Positions 41,800-53,009 are shown, counted from the first letter of the stretch. The stretch is 64,000 nucleotides of DNA from an uncultured Methanoregulaceae archaeon (GCA_963705255.1 OY970061.1:1728001-1792000), one strand, 5' to 3'. The notes: generated by a model from the sequence alone, not told the origin. Numbers and translations: made by a program.

Positions 41800-42684
41800 T
41801 CAGTCGCAGCACTGCAGGGGATTGCCTGCATTCCTGCTGTCCGGGTTTTCCCGTATTCGTTCAATCGCTGTGAGTGCGTCCAGCGCGAGATAGGTATTTT
41901 CGAGCGTTGCCGATCCGCCGAATACCGACCGGACATATCCGCCGTTCTCACGGCAGCATTTCCTGATGAATTCTTCGCACTGCACCAGGATGGGCGAATG
42001 GTAGCCGTGCACTGAGCATGCGAGTACGCCGGCATGAATGTGTTCAAGATACGCGGGTTTTGTACCGGGCACCGCAAGGAAGCCATAGACGAGGTCTTCG
42101 CACTGTTTCAGAAAGTTTGTTGAACCTGTTGAGGAGATCGGATAACCGAGGGCTCTAAGGATGGCAAGCGCATGACCAGTCTCGATGATCGTGGATCGGG
42201 GATACCCGAAACCGGTGTCCGGGTACCGATAGCGGAGCACGGCGGTGACGATCTCATCTTTTTTCCCGGCGGAGATTACAGTTCCGGGAAGTGTGCAGAG
42301 ATCGGTGAGGAGATACAGGTGCCCGAAAGAGGAGGAGGATTCGACCGGCCGGATAGTGTCACCGGGTGGCAGCAGGGATGACAGAATCCAGTTTGAGGGA
42401 TCGATATGCGGTCGCTCACCAAGAATGTCCAGACTCCGGATCACTGCGTGCCCGACATTCACGTTCGAAAATTTTCCATCGGGATACTGGAACGCGTGAA
42501 GAAACGAGCAGGTAGTTTCATCATCGTCCGGTAATGCACCCAGCATTTTAAGCGATGCGAGTGCATGGAATGTGTCTCCGGCATTCGGCTCGTCGAGCCG
42601 GTAAAAACAGTAGCCACCGGAACTGCACCGCCGTTCCCGGATATACCGGATGGTTGTCTCCTGTTGAGGGATCATCGGCATCAT
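41800..42684 (-). CDS. Prenyltransferase/squalene-oxidase repeat protein (alpha/alpha barrel, COG1689-like)
   Basis: Repeats SGGY..PNAGDTFHAL, TGFG..STIIETGHAL, NGGY..SATLENTYLAL. Confidence 0.8.
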   Translation of the reverse strand: MMPMIPQQETTIRYIRERRCSSGGYCFYRLDEPNAGDTFHALASLKMLGALPDDDETTCSFLHAFQYPDGKFSNVNVGHAVIRSLDILGERPHIDPSNWILSSLLPPGDTIRPVESSSSFGHLYLLTDLCTLPGTVISAGKKDEIVTAVLRYRYPDTGFGYPRSTIIETGHALAILRALGYPISSTGSTNFLKQCEDLVYGFLAVPGTKPAYLEHIHAGVLACSVHGYHSPILVQCEEFIRKCCRENGGYVRSVFGGSATLENTYLALDALTAIERIRENPDSRNAGNPLQCCD

Positions 42685-42696
42685 CTACCATACACT

Positions 42697-42747
42697 GGTA
42701 GAAGTCATCAGCCGGAAAGGGCGGTTTGTGGCGGACTTCATCGCCGG
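42697..42747 (-). ncRNA. Fluoride riboswitch (crcB motif) 3
   Basis: Sense CCGGCGATGAAGTCCGCCACAAACCGCCCTTTCCGGCTGATGACTTCTACC, ending ~12 nt before ATG 42684. Confidence 0.93.
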
Positions 42748-43050
42748 TACGATAGTGTGGGGTGCGATGATAATTGAAGGTTACGACAAAACGGGTTGGA
42801 GAATGAGAATGACGGGAGAATCCCGGGGCGTAGCGGCCCGAACGTACTTCGTGAGTCCAATCAACAGCGACGAACAGAGTGCGGAGCATGGGTGAAGAGC
42901 GGGCCGGGGAAGCTGCTGGCGCCTTCTGCATCTTCCCCTCAATCATCTCATGGACCGTCTTCTCGATCGAGAAAGAGGGTTACCCACATATCTGCCTCAG
43001 ATAAAAAAACAAAATCAGTGGGAAAGAAGGATTTCAAAAGATCCGGCGGG

Positions 43051-44145
43051 TCAGACACTGTCCCGTGGCACTGCTGTCCGGGGCTTCCTCGCCCGCTTCG
43101 GTTTCGGCTTCCGTTCGTGTGTGCCTTCCTCTCCATCGTCGGAATCTTCATCCAATCCTATCTCTTCGGATTCATGGGGGAGAGGAGACAGAATATCCGG
43201 AGCCCTCTTCCTCTCCTCCGGCGCCGGTTTGTGGATGAGGATTGCGTCGAGCACAGCCTCCACCCCCTCACCCGTCTGCGTGGACATCGTCAGGTAACCC
43301 TCTGCCGCAACGATATCCGATTTGTTTGCCACGACGACCACCGGCACACCCACCATCCCTTGTACTTCCTCAAGCAGGTTGAGCTGCACGTCTATCGGGT
43401 AGCCGCAGTGCTCCGAAGGGTCGAGGATGAAAAGGACAACGTCGGCGACATTCATCATGGCGGAGAGTGCCTGCCGTTCGATCTGGTTCCGCTCTTCGGC
43501 AGGGCGGTCGAGGATACCCGGGGTATCCACGAACTGGATCCGCTCCCGTCCCATCTCCCTGTGCCCCACGATGATGCCTTTTGTGGTAAACGGATAGGAG
43601 GCAATCTGCGGTTCAGCAGAGGAAACGCGCCGGATGAAGGAGGACTTGCCAACGTTCGGGTATCCTGCGATCACCGTCGTGAATGCGTCCTCGACATGGG
43701 GAAGCTTGCGGAGCACATTCCTGACCTCGTTGAGGAAGAGGAGGTCGTTGTCAATCTGGTGGACCATGGAAGCGAGCCGGGCGACCGCACGTTTTCTCAG
43801 GACAAGGGTATCGTCCGCCCTCCGCGACTGCATGGCAAGCTGGCCCCCCACCATCTTGGTGTGTTTTGCAGCCCACCCGACGGCACCGAGGGACTGTTTG
43901 ATGGTGTCTATTCCGTAGAGGATGTCCGCCAGTTCCCGGTAAAACGGCGGGATGCTGTCGAACTCGGGAAACCCCCGTATGATATAGACAAGGCGGTCGT
44001 GGATCGCCGCACCGACCGCACGGACGAACTCCTCGTTTGCCCGCTCCTTGTTGATCTTCTCCTTCATCTTTTTCGCCGCACGGCGGAAACTCCGGTCCAG
44101 GATCTCGTCGGCAGTCGGGACCGTCGGCATTTTTTCGAATTCCAC
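43051..44145 (-). CDS. NOG1-family GTP-binding protein
   Basis: GYPNVGKSS, YPFTTK, DTPG, NKSD; GTG start. Confidence 0.93.
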   Translation of the reverse strand: MEFEKMPTVPTADEILDRSFRRAAKKMKEKINKERANEEFVRAVGAAIHDRLVYIIRGFPEFDSIPPFYRELADILYGIDTIKQSLGAVGWAAKHTKMVGGQLAMQSRRADDTLVLRKRAVARLASMVHQIDNDLLFLNEVRNVLRKLPHVEDAFTTVIAGYPNVGKSSFIRRVSSAEPQIASYPFTTKGIIVGHREMGRERIQFVDTPGILDRPAEERNQIERQALSAMMNVADVVLFILDPSEHCGYPIDVQLNLLEEVQGMVGVPVVVVANKSDIVAAEGYLTMSTQTGEGVEAVLDAILIHKPAPEERKRAPDILSPLPHESEEIGLDEDSDDGEEGTHERKPKPKRARKPRTAVPRDSV

Positions 44146-44191
44146 AAATCGCCTACCTATATATTTATGGAATGCCATACGGTTTATCGTT

Positions 44192-45070
44192 ATGGACCTG
44201 TCCCTGATCCAGAAGGATATCCTCATCACCCTGATCACCCTCTACCACCAGCAGTCGCATTCCATCAAAGGGGAAGATATTGCCGAGATGATCCAGCGCA
44301 ACCCCGGGACGGTGCGCAACCAGATGCAGGCCCTGAGAGCCATCGGGCTCGTGGACGGAGTACCGGGCCCGAAAGGGGGATACATACCGACGGCCCTTGC
44401 CTACGCGGAACTCAACCTGAACGTTTCCGGAGGCGACTATGATGTCATGATCAGCAGGAACGGGGAGCCCGTCTCGGGAGCAAATGTCAAGGAGATCGAT
44501 TTTACCACGCTCTGCCACCCGGATGTCTGCCACGCGGTGATCAAACTCGTCGGCTCGGCAAAACTCTTCGAGATCGGTGACCAGATCACGATCGGTCCCA
44601 CCCCGGTCAACAAACTCATGATCCGGGGAGAGGTCTTCGGCAGGGACGAATCCCGCCAGTCCCTCCTCATCTCGACATCCGAGATGATCTCGCTGCCCAA
44701 GAAGCCGATAAAAAACTACATGAGCACCCCGTTGAAGACCCTGAAAAGCCCGGATACGCTCATGGACGCCCTTCTCCTATTCAACCGTGACCACATCCAT
44801 GGCGCCCCGGTCATGGATAATGGCCGGCTTGCCGGTATTATCACGATGAGCGATATTGCAAAGGCCATTGAAAAAGGACTGCCGCTCACCACGCAGGTTT
44901 CCGGGGTGATGACTGCTGATGTCGTCGAAGCGTCCTCGGATACGAAACTGTTCGAGGTCATCCGCAGGTTCAAGGAGCGGGAGATCGGCAGGCTTGTCGT
45001 GGTCGAGGACGGGAAACCGGTCGGCATCCTCACCCAGTCGGATATCATCCGGGTATTCCCCTCGTTTTAA
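44192..45070 (+). CDS. wHTH + CBS-pair regulator (COG2524-like)
   Basis: RNPGTVRNQMQAL, GVPGPKGGY, two CBS domains. Confidence 0.9.
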   Translation: MDLSLIQKDILITLITLYHQQSHSIKGEDIAEMIQRNPGTVRNQMQALRAIGLVDGVPGPKGGYIPTALAYAELNLNVSGGDYDVMISRNGEPVSGANVKEIDFTTLCHPDVCHAVIKLVGSAKLFEIGDQITIGPTPVNKLMIRGEVFGRDESRQSLLISTSEMISLPKKPIKNYMSTPLKTLKSPDTLMDALLLFNRDHIHGAPVMDNGRLAGIITMSDIAKAIEKGLPLTTQVSGVMTADVVEASSDTKLFEVIRRFKEREIGRLVVVEDGKPVGILTQSDIIRVFPSF

Positions 45071-45124
45071 ATGCAATATCTTTAGATATGTCAAGGTAAA
45101 TTGTATGGGAGGAACCGAGGTTTT

Positions 45125-45334
45125 ATGTCAGAACTTTCCCAGGCAGCTGTTGAACGCATCATCAAGAAAGCCGGTGCCGGGCGTGTGAGCTCCGATGCCA
45201 TCGAGACCCTTGCCGCCCTGATGGAGGAATACGGTATCTTTCTTGCAAAAGAGGCAAAGAAGATGTCCGACCATGCAGGAAGAAAGACCCTGCGGGGGTC
45301 CGACATCCGGATGGCAGCTGAAATATTCAAATAA
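45125..45334 (+). CDS. Archaeal histone
   Basis: ELSQAAVERIIKKAGAGRVS...HAGRKT. Confidence 0.93.
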   Translation: MSELSQAAVERIIKKAGAGRVSSDAIETLAALMEEYGIFLAKEAKKMSDHAGRKTLRGSDIRMAAEIFK

Positions 45335-45420
45335 CGTTTGTGCGTTATTTGTCCTGAAAAATACTCTTTTTTCTTCGGTTTTTAGAACAATTTAAATATT
45401 TATACATCGTCAATTTTTTT

Positions 45421-45675
45421 ATGACTCGTATATTTGCCCGCAGCCTTTCGAGAAAGAAGATCATGAGCAATGACGGCAAGCTCATCGGCACCCTCAAGAA
45501 CATCCGGGTAGATTTTGATTCCGGGCAGGTCTGCGAGATGATCATCCACCCGGACCAGGCCTTTGCCACCGATGGTTACAACCTGGAAGATGACAAGCTC
45601 CTCCTCATCCCGTTCGAGGCGGTCAAGGACATCAAAGACTATATTGTCGTGGATCGCTATCTCGCGAAAAAATAA
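45421..45675 (+). CDS. PRC-barrel protein
   Basis: DGKLIGTLKNI...IPFEAVKDIKDYIVV. Confidence 0.85.
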   Translation: MTRIFARSLSRKKIMSNDGKLIGTLKNIRVDFDSGQVCEMIIHPDQAFATDGYNLEDDKLLLIPFEAVKDIKDYIVVDRYLAKK

Positions 45676-46355
45676 GACGAATATTTTTCGACGGCTTCGG
45701 TGAACCCGTCGCCATATCCTTTTTCCGTGACATAATCGGCCACCGCTTTTGTCTCCGGATGCGCATTTGCCACCGCTATCCCTGTCCCGGCAGTCCTGAG
45801 CATATGGATATCGTTGACCGAATCGCCGACCGCCAGGAAATCGGCCGGGGAAAGACCCATCTCCTCCGCGAGTGCTACGAGCGCTGTCCCTTTGTTGATG
45901 CCAGGGGACTGCAGGTGAATTGCATACCCGGTGTCAATCACCTGCACCGGGTGATCGCGGAGGACGGTCTTCACTTCTTCGACAGGGACCGTCCGGGCAA
46001 ACGCGAGGTCCGCAAACCGGTACGCCGGGTTGAAGAGCTCGAGTTCCCGCCCCTTCTGCCGGTAATACGCCTGGACTATTCCGAGGGCATCTTTACACTC
46101 TCCCTGGTCTCCGGTAATATGGAGGGGACCGGTGAACCCTGTCCGGAATACTCCCCCGTTTTCTGCAATGAACGTGCCGTCAGTCCCGATCATCTTGCAG
46201 AGTGCGTCCATGAAGCAGGACGTATTCCCGCTTGCCAGTACCACCCTCACCCCCCGATCGGTGAGGGACCGGATCGCCTCAATGGACCCGGTGCTGATCC
46301 TCCGGGAGGGATCGGTAAGTGTCCCGTCAATATCGGTCAGGAGCGCTTTCAGCAC
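45657..46355 (-). CDS. HAD-family phosphoglycolate phosphatase
   Basis: DIDGTLT, ASGN, NKG, GDSVND. Confidence 0.9.
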   Translation of the reverse strand: MLKALLTDIDGTLTDPSRRISTGSIEAIRSLTDRGVRVVLASGNTSCFMDALCKMIGTDGTFIAENGGVFRTGFTGPLHITGDQGECKDALGIVQAYYRQKGRELELFNPAYRFADLAFARTVPVEEVKTVLRDHPVQVIDTGYAIHLQSPGINKGTALVALAEEMGLSPADFLAVGDSVNDIHMLRTAGTGIAVANAHPETKAVADYVTEKGYGDGFTEAVEKYSSYFFAR

Positions 46356-47327
46356 GGTTTGAGACCCGCCTCTTCAACAATGAACGGGGCTTCGCCCTCA
46401 GGAAGGTTGGGACTGTCCACGAGACGTGCAATGCGTTTTCCGCCTTTGCTCTTGCGCAGGTAAAGACGGAATGTTGCTGTGTGGCCGACGATGTTGCCAC
46501 CGATCGGTTTTGTCGGGTCGCCGAAGAAGACCGCCGGGTTGGACATGACCTGGTTGGTGACAAGCCCGACCGCGTTGTGTTCGTCGATGAGCTTGAAGAG
46601 TTCGTGCATGTGACGGTTCAGCTTCTGCTGCCGGGCTGCGAGTGTCCCCCTTCCGGCATATTCTGCCCGGAAGTGGGCCGTGAGCGAGTCGATGATGAAG
46701 AGCTTGACCGGCTTGTCGCTCTCTTTCAGTTCGTTTGCCAGTTCGCGGGAGTTGTCGATCAGGAGCATCTGGTGGTCCGACGTGTGGGCCCGGGCAATAT
46801 GGATATTATTCAGGAATTCCTGGGCATCCGGGATATCGTCGAGCCCGAGGCCGTTGACCATCTGCTCGATACGCTCGGGACGGAAGGTGTTTTCTGTATC
46901 GATATAGATGACGCTGCCGGGCAAGACCGCCCTGTTCTTCCGGGAGCTGGACGTTCACCGCCATCTGGTGGACGATCTGGCTCTTGCCGGAACCGAATTC
47001 GCCGTACATCTCCGTGATTGCCTGTGTCTCGAGGCCCCCGCCCATCAGATTATCCAGTTCGGGGACCCGGAACGAGAGTTTCCGGACATCCTTTCTCTGC
47101 TCAAAGATGTCCTTCCCGGTCTTGAATCCCCCGACATCAGCTGCCTCGCGGGCGGCCTTGATGATCTTCTTTGCGGTCGACTCGGAGATCTCGGAGACCT
47201 CCGAGAGCTCTGCCGGCGATGCGGTTGCGATGCTTTCTACCGAGAGGTAACCTGCTTCCCGGAGCTTGTCTGCGGTGCTCGGGCCGACACCCGGCAAATC
47301 TTCAATTTCCAATGGTCCTTCAGCCAT
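46349..47327 (-). CDS. radA: DNA repair and recombination protein RadA; frameshift ~46920
   Basis: Hh[37 protein letters not shown]. Confidence 0.95.
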
Positions 47328-47406
47328 GTCTTGTACATCTCCTATGGCACAACAAGATGTTAAAGACTGACATATAAAGTCCCGGACTGCGTGGGGTGAA
47401 AGTGAA

Positions 47407-48706
47407 TTACCGGGCCAGTCGTTCCCTGAAACCGCGGATCCGGGTAAGGATATCGTCCGCGTTCATACCGGCAGGTTCGATCTGTTCAGGTTTAATCCTG
47501 CTGCCGGAGAGGATGCCGGTCACGCTTATCCGGCTCCCCTCGGCAAACTCGCCCTCGATAAGGTAACGATGTATGCCATCATCGATGAAGGTGCACCCCG
47601 GCCCGGAGATGATGGTACCGCAGAAGACGATGGGACGGGACACCTCGTTCGGTACCCGGAACGCGCTGCCTCTTCCCACACCCAGTTCGATCCCCCCAAA
47701 CCGCCCGGCCCGGGCAGTGGCGTGGTAGGCCTCGATCCGGTCCCCGGGACCGAGCGGGACAAGTGCATTCTCCCCCCACAGGTACAACCCTGAGATCATC
47801 CTCCCCCTCACCCACGACAATATTCCGTACCCAGGACGTGGCACCGTTCCGTGTGGTAAACGATCGCGGTTCTTTTACTTCTTTTACTACCCCCTGTATG
47901 GTGTAGATGCCCCGGTCACTGACAGAACCCAGGGGGGAAAACGGGACCGGCACCTGGATATCGGTCATCGTAACGCTGCTCTTCTCGTCAAGGCTGTAAT
48001 TTCTCCCTTCGTCGCGCACATTCGGTTTTGCCCCGGTTATACGGACGCTTGCACCGGCAGGAATACCGAGGAGCAGTTCCGGCACCCAGGCAACGACCCG
48101 GGCGGTCCCGAGCGCATCACCAATGACTGCTTCCACCATCCCGCCGGTTGTGCCGTCTCTCTTCGTAAATGTCCGGGGCCCTTTCACTGCGATCAGGACC
48201 GCATCAAGATCTACCGGTTCATCTGACAGGCTCCCGGCCATGGTCCCGTCAGGAGGAGCGGGGCAGATGATCTCGCAGCTGGCCTTCCGGAGGGCAAGGG
48301 CATAGATCTCCCGGGTGCTCTTTCCCGGGTGCCGGCCGATGATCTCGAGTACGTCACCGGCAGCTATGTCAAGGACCGCCCCCGCCTTCTCGTCCCAGAG
48401 CACGACGCGGGTCGTCCCGGTCTCGTCCCCCAGCAGCAGGGTGGCCACCCCCCCTTTCTCGCCATCGGCCCGCTCGAACTCCTTCGGCTCGGTCTTGTCG
48501 ATGACTTTCCCGAAAAAAGAGAAGAGGCTGGACTTTGCCGACAGCCCCCTGATCTTCACGTGCTGCCGGCCCAGTTCGCCGACGACGAGCATTGCCGCGG
48601 TCGGTTCGTCGACGAGGTCGCCGCACTCTTCGATCTTTGCCTCGACCCGCCGTTCGAACTCCTCTTTTGTTATGAGGTCGTCGACCAGCGCGTGGTGGAA
48701 GAGCAC
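47407..48706 (-). CDS. Replication protein A (multi OB-fold); frameshift ~47783
   Basis: OB repeats [36 protein letters not shown]. Confidence 0.85.
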
Positions 48707-48720
48707 GGCCAGGCCTCCGC

Positions 48721-50012
48721 CTACCGCTGCCAGGGCGGCTGTTCCATCGCTGAGGTGAGGTCGCTGACAGTCTCCCCCCGCCTCATCAGAGCGACATCGG
48801 GGCCCCTGACCAGCACCTCGGGACAGCGGGGGCGGCTGTTGTACTGCGAGGACATCGCAAACCCGTAGGCCCCGGCATCGAGTACGGCGATGATATCGCC
48901 GGCTTCCAGCTGCGGGAGCTTCCGGTCCGGCGCAAGGATGTCCCCGCTCTCGCAGATCGGCCCGGTGACCGTGTATTCCGTGGTAAGGGGCCTGTCCGCC
49001 TTGTTGGCAACGATCACTTCATGGTAGGCGTCATACATCGCGGGACGGATGAGCAGGTTGAAACCGGCGTCTACGTTGGCAAACCTCTTGTGGGCGGCCT
49101 TGGTCGAGTTGACCCGGGTGAGGAGGACGGTGGAGTCGGCTGTGAGCGACCGCCCGGGCTCGACCCAGAGTTCCGGGGTGATGCCGCATGCCTCGACACC
49201 TGCTTTGAAGACCGGCACGACCTTTGCCGCGTAGTCCTCCGGTGTCGGCGCCGGGTCGGTGTCATGGTGGTACGGTATGCCAAGCCCGCCGCCGAGATCG
49301 ATGAACTCCAGGTTCACGCCCGTCTCCGTGATCTCCTTCGCTATCCGCACCATCACTTCGGCGGCCCGCGCGAATGGTTCGACATCGAGGATCTGCGACC
49401 CGATATGGCAGTGGATCCCGACCGGCAGGATATTGCTGCACGCAAGGGCTTCCCGGTAGGCCGCAGGGATCTCCCGGTGGGGATCCCGAATTTGCTGGTC
49501 GCAAGCCCGGTTGCGATCTTCGGGTGCGTGGGGACTTCGAGGGCCGGGTTCACGCGGAACGCGATCTTCGAAGTCGTCCCCGCCGCCCGTGCTGCGGCAT
49601 CGAGCTGGTGGAGTTCGTCAAGGGAGTCCACCGAGACTTTCACCCCCTTTTCCACGGCGAGCTTCAGGTCTGCCGGGGTCTTCGAGCTGCCGTTGAAGAG
49701 CAGTTTTTCCGGTGCCATGCCGGCGGCAAGCGCGAGAGTGAGTTCTCCTGAAGAGAAGACGTCCGCGCCTGCGCCCAGCCGTGCGAGCGCCCGCATGACC
49801 GCAAGGTTGCCGTTCGCCTTTGCTGCAAAGAGCACCTGCACCTTCGGGTACCGGGCAGAGAGCGCCTTCCGGTACCTCAGGAACTGTTCGCAGACCCGGT
49901 CCTCGCTCGTGACATAGAGCGGCGTCCCGTACTGGCGTGCGAGGGAAACGCAGTCGTGGCCGCCAATATGGAGGTGGCCCTGCTGAACGGTGAGGTGGCC
50001 GGGGAGGTTCAC
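48721..50012 (-). CDS. lysA: Diaminopimelate decarboxylase; frameshift ~49480
   Basis: YGTPLYV, FAAKAN, SKFGI, DLGGG, EPGR, GPICESGD. Confidence 0.93.
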
Positions 50013-51157
50013 AGATCCATCCTCCGCATCCGCCCGATGGCCTCCTCTATCCGTGCGGCCGGGCGCGTAATGGCGAACCGCACGTAGCCTTCCCCGCTCG
50101 AGCCAAAGCCCACCCCCGGGGTTGCGACAATGCCCGCCTCGTTGAGCAGCCGTGCGCTGAACGCCATGCAGTCGCTGACCGGGAGCCAGACATAGAAGGT
50201 CGCCTTTGGTGACGGCACGTCAAAACCGAGACCCCTCAGTCCGGAGATGAGCACGTCCCGGCGCTCCTGGTACGTGGCGCAGGCCTGCTTCACGCAGTCC
50301 TGCGGCCCCGTCAGCGCCGTGACCGCCGCGTGCTGGACCGCGTTGAAGACCCCGGAGTCGACATTGGTCTTCACCCGCCCGAGGCCTGCAAGGACCGCCG
50401 CGTTGCCGACCGCCATGCCGATCCGCCAGCCGGTCATGTTGTAGGTCTTGGAGAGCGAGTGCACCTCGATGCCGACCTCCATTGCCCCCGGGGTCTCAAG
50501 GAATGACGGGGCGCGGTAACCGTCGTAGGCAATCTCGGAGTACGCATTGTCCGAGACTACGACGATGCCATGCCCGCGGGCGAAATCGACGACTTCTTTG
50601 TAAAACCCGTCGGGAGCGACTGCCGCGGTCGGATTGTTGGGATAGTTGACGAACATGAGTTTCGCCGCTTTTGCGACCTTTGCAGGGATATCGTCCAGCA
50701 CGGGAACAAAATTATTCTCCCGAAGGAGCGGCATCTCGTGGACCCTGCCCTCGGCAAAGAGGGTGCCGGTCCGGTAGACCGGGTAGCCGGGGCTCGGGGC
50801 AAGGACATAGTCGCCCGGGTTCACGAACGCCTCGGCGATATGGGCGATGCCGTCCTTGGAGCCCATGAGGGCGAGGACTTCCTTTCCTGCATCGAGGGTA
50901 ACGCCAAAGCGCTTTCTGTACCAGCCTGCCACGGCGCTGCGGTATAAGGGCATGCCGGCATAGGAGGGGTAGTGGTGGTTCTCCGGGTCCTGCGCTGCCC
51001 TGCAGAGGGCGGCCACGATATGGGGTGGCGTCGGGAGGTCCGGATCCCCTACGCCGAGGTCGATGATGTCGACCCCTTTTTTCAGCTGCTCCGCTTTCAT
51101 CTCGTCGATCCGTGCAAAAAGGTACGGCGGGAGATTATCCATGCGTGATGCGTACAT
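50009..51157 (-). CDS. dapL: LL-diaminopimelate aminotransferase
   Basis: LPPYLF, NYPNNPT, SLSKTYNMTGWRIG; coupled to lysA. Confidence 0.88.
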   Translation of the reverse strand: MYASRMDNLPPYLFARIDEMKAEQLKKGVDIIDLGVGDPDLPTPPHIVAALCRAAQDPENHHYPSYAGMPLYRSAVAGWYRKRFGVTLDAGKEVLALMGSKDGIAHIAEAFVNPGDYVLAPSPGYPVYRTGTLFAEGRVHEMPLLRENNFVPVLDDIPAKVAKAAKLMFVNYPNNPTAAVAPDGFYKEVVDFARGHGIVVVSDNAYSEIAYDGYRAPSFLETPGAMEVGIEVHSLSKTYNMTGWRIGMAVGNAAVLAGLGRVKTNVDSGVFNAVQHAAVTALTGPQDCVKQACATYQERRDVLISGLRGLGFDVPSPKATFYVWLPVSDCMAFSARLLNEAGIVATPGVGFGSSGEGYVRFAITRPAARIEEAIGRMRRMDL

Positions 51158-51278
51158 AAGTACCCACTATGTGCGCTGTATTCTCTAGAATTTAACTCCC
51201 CGTGCCGGCAGGTTCATTCCAACCGGGGGGTAGGAAAAAGAACTATCCTTATTATCCCGCAGTCCAACATTCATCGTC

Positions 51279-51620
51279 ATGGTGGAATCAGAAAGTCCGG
51301 ACCCGGTGCCGGAAATTTGTGTGATCCTCTCCACGGTCCCCCCGTCGAGATCCGCAGAGATTGCACGGGCACTTCTCGACCGTCACCTCGTGGCCTGCGT
51401 AAATATAACACCTGTCAGGTCATGGTACCGCTGGAAGGGGGAGTTCTGTGATGACGAAGAGCACCTGCTCATCCTGAAGACCCGGAAGGAGCATACCGAA
51501 ATGGTCATCCGGGAACTCCGGGCCCTGCATCCCTACGAAGTGCCGGAGATCATCGCAGTGCCGGTTACTGCCGGGCACCCTCCCTACCTTGCATGGGTCC
51601 GTGGCGAAACGCAGGTATGA
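51279..51620 (+). CDS. cutA: Divalent-cation tolerance protein CutA
   Basis: LVACVN, SWYRWKG, HPYEVPEII. Confidence 0.92.
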   Translation: MVESESPDPVPEICVILSTVPPSRSAEIARALLDRHLVACVNITPVRSWYRWKGEFCDDEEHLLILKTRKEHTEMVIRELRALHPYEVPEIIAVPVTAGHPPYLAWVRGETQV

Positions 51621-51714
51621 TACGAACATTTCCGGCGGGTGCGGCCGTGATGCGTAAAGTTATTTCCTGTAGCCGAGTAAAGAAACTGTACCCTATCGCA
51701 GGGGACGTGAAATC

Positions 51715-52188
51715 GTGACAGGTGAACCGACAACAAAGCCCGCAACAGCACTCCTCGTGCTCGGGTGCCCGCAGGTACCGGTGCAGACCAGTATCGCGCT
51801 CTATCTCATCAACCGGCTGAAAAAGGCCGGGATAACACCGGTTGTTGCCGGCAACAGGTCAGCAAACACCCTGCTTGTCGTTTCGGATCCGGACCGGCAC
51901 TACCTTGGCGAGGTCATCGACCTCGATCGTGCCGTCGCGCTGATCACGGAGAAGAAGCGGGACTTTGACCAGTGCTTCGTCTTCATCCACAACGACGCGG
52001 GGGTCAGCTACGCAGCGACCATGGGAGCAATCTCCCGAGCGAAACTGTATGCCCTTGTATATGGCGAACATTTTGATGAGCAGGTGAAGAAGATCGAGTT
52101 TCCCTGTACGATCATTGCGGCAAAGGCGGTCCACAACCCCCTGCCCCTGAAAAAGGCGATCGACGAGGTGGCACCGTGGGCTGCGTAG
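51715..52188 (+). CDS. DUF1890 family protein
   Basis: LGCPQVPVQT, FIHNDAG, HNPLPL. Confidence 0.85.
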   Translation: MTGEPTTKPATALLVLGCPQVPVQTSIALYLINRLKKAGITPVVAGNRSANTLLVVSDPDRHYLGEVIDLDRAVALITEKKRDFDQCFVFIHNDAGVSYAATMGAISRAKLYALVYGEHFDEQVKKIEFPCTIIAAKAVHNPLPLKKAIDEVAPWAA

Positions 52189-52451
52189 AATCGATGAACT
52201 ATGAGATCGTGCTGCGGGACGCGACGTTCAAAGAGTCCCGCGACTACATACGGAGTAATTTCAGGGAATCGATCGATGTCCAGCCCGGTTTCAAGATCTT
52301 CGATGTCCATGTCATCGGCCTCCCCCCGATTGCGATAGGGCTCGATGGAGATTTTGTCATCTTCCCGTATACCAAACCCTGTCACGGAACCTTCCTGCTC
52401 CGGGTGGAAGACAGGGAAGAGGCAACAAGGCTGCGGGCATTGAAGAAATAG
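52176..52451 (+). CDS. DUF1894 family protein
   Basis: GCVESMNYEI...PYTKPCHGTF. Confidence 0.85.
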   Translation: MGCVESMNYEIVLRDATFKESRDYIRSNFRESIDVQPGFKIFDVHVIGLPPIAIGLDGDFVIFPYTKPCHGTFLLRVEDREEATRLRALKK

Positions 52452-52622
52452 CGGAGACTCACACCTTCGCAGGACTGGCGGATGGCAGTGAAATCAGCGA
52501 TTACGAACATCATTACCATGGTGAAGTCCGGCTTCGGGGGAACCGGCTGTCCGGGCCGCTGATATATGATATTCTATATAGTATATGCAGCAAGAAATAG
52601 TACGTAAGGGAAGAGGCCCTGT

Positions 52623-53009
52623 ATGACCAGCAAGGGAAAGATCCTCCTGATGGATGATGAACAGATCATCCTCGATGTGACTCTCGAGGTGCTCACATTC
52701 CTTGGGTATGATGCGAGTTTTGCCAGGGACGGGGCGGAGGCGCTGGATCTCTATACAAAGGAAAAAGCTGCCGGACATCCTTTTGATATCGTTATTCTCG
52801 ACCTTTCGATCCCGAACGGCATCGGCGGGAAAGACGCGATTGAACACCTCAGGGCATTTGATCCTGCGGTAAAGGCGATCGTGTCCACCGGCTATACCAA
52901 TGATCCGGTTGTGCAGAATTTCGAACAGTACGGTTTTTCCGGGATACTCTCCAAGCCCTACAAGATCAATGACCTGAAAACCGTTCTTGAGCAGCTGATG
53001 CAGAAATAA
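52623..53009 (+). CDS. Single-domain response regulator
   Basis: ILLMDDE, ILDL, KPY. Confidence 0.9.
   Translation: MTSKGKILLMDDEQIILDVTLEVLTFLGYDASFARDGAEALDLYTKEKAAGHPFDIVILDLSIPNGIGGKDAIEHLRAFDPAVKAIVSTGYTNDPVVQNFEQYGFSGILSKPYKINDLKTVLEQLMQK

Noticed and set aside
42815-42935. tRNA at the right edge of the island
   Set aside because: No cloverleaf or T-loop; at most a decayed palindromic repeat.
42796-44442. Long 548-aa plus-strand ORF (similarly 38791..40374 minus and 14510..15739 minus)
   Set aside because: Antisense shadows of real GC-rich genes, with no recognisable motifs.
46349-50012. Pseudogenisation or programmed frameshifting of radA, RPA and lysA
   Set aside because: Core genes with single 1-nt indels, no other decay and no shared slippery motif; sequencing error is more likely.
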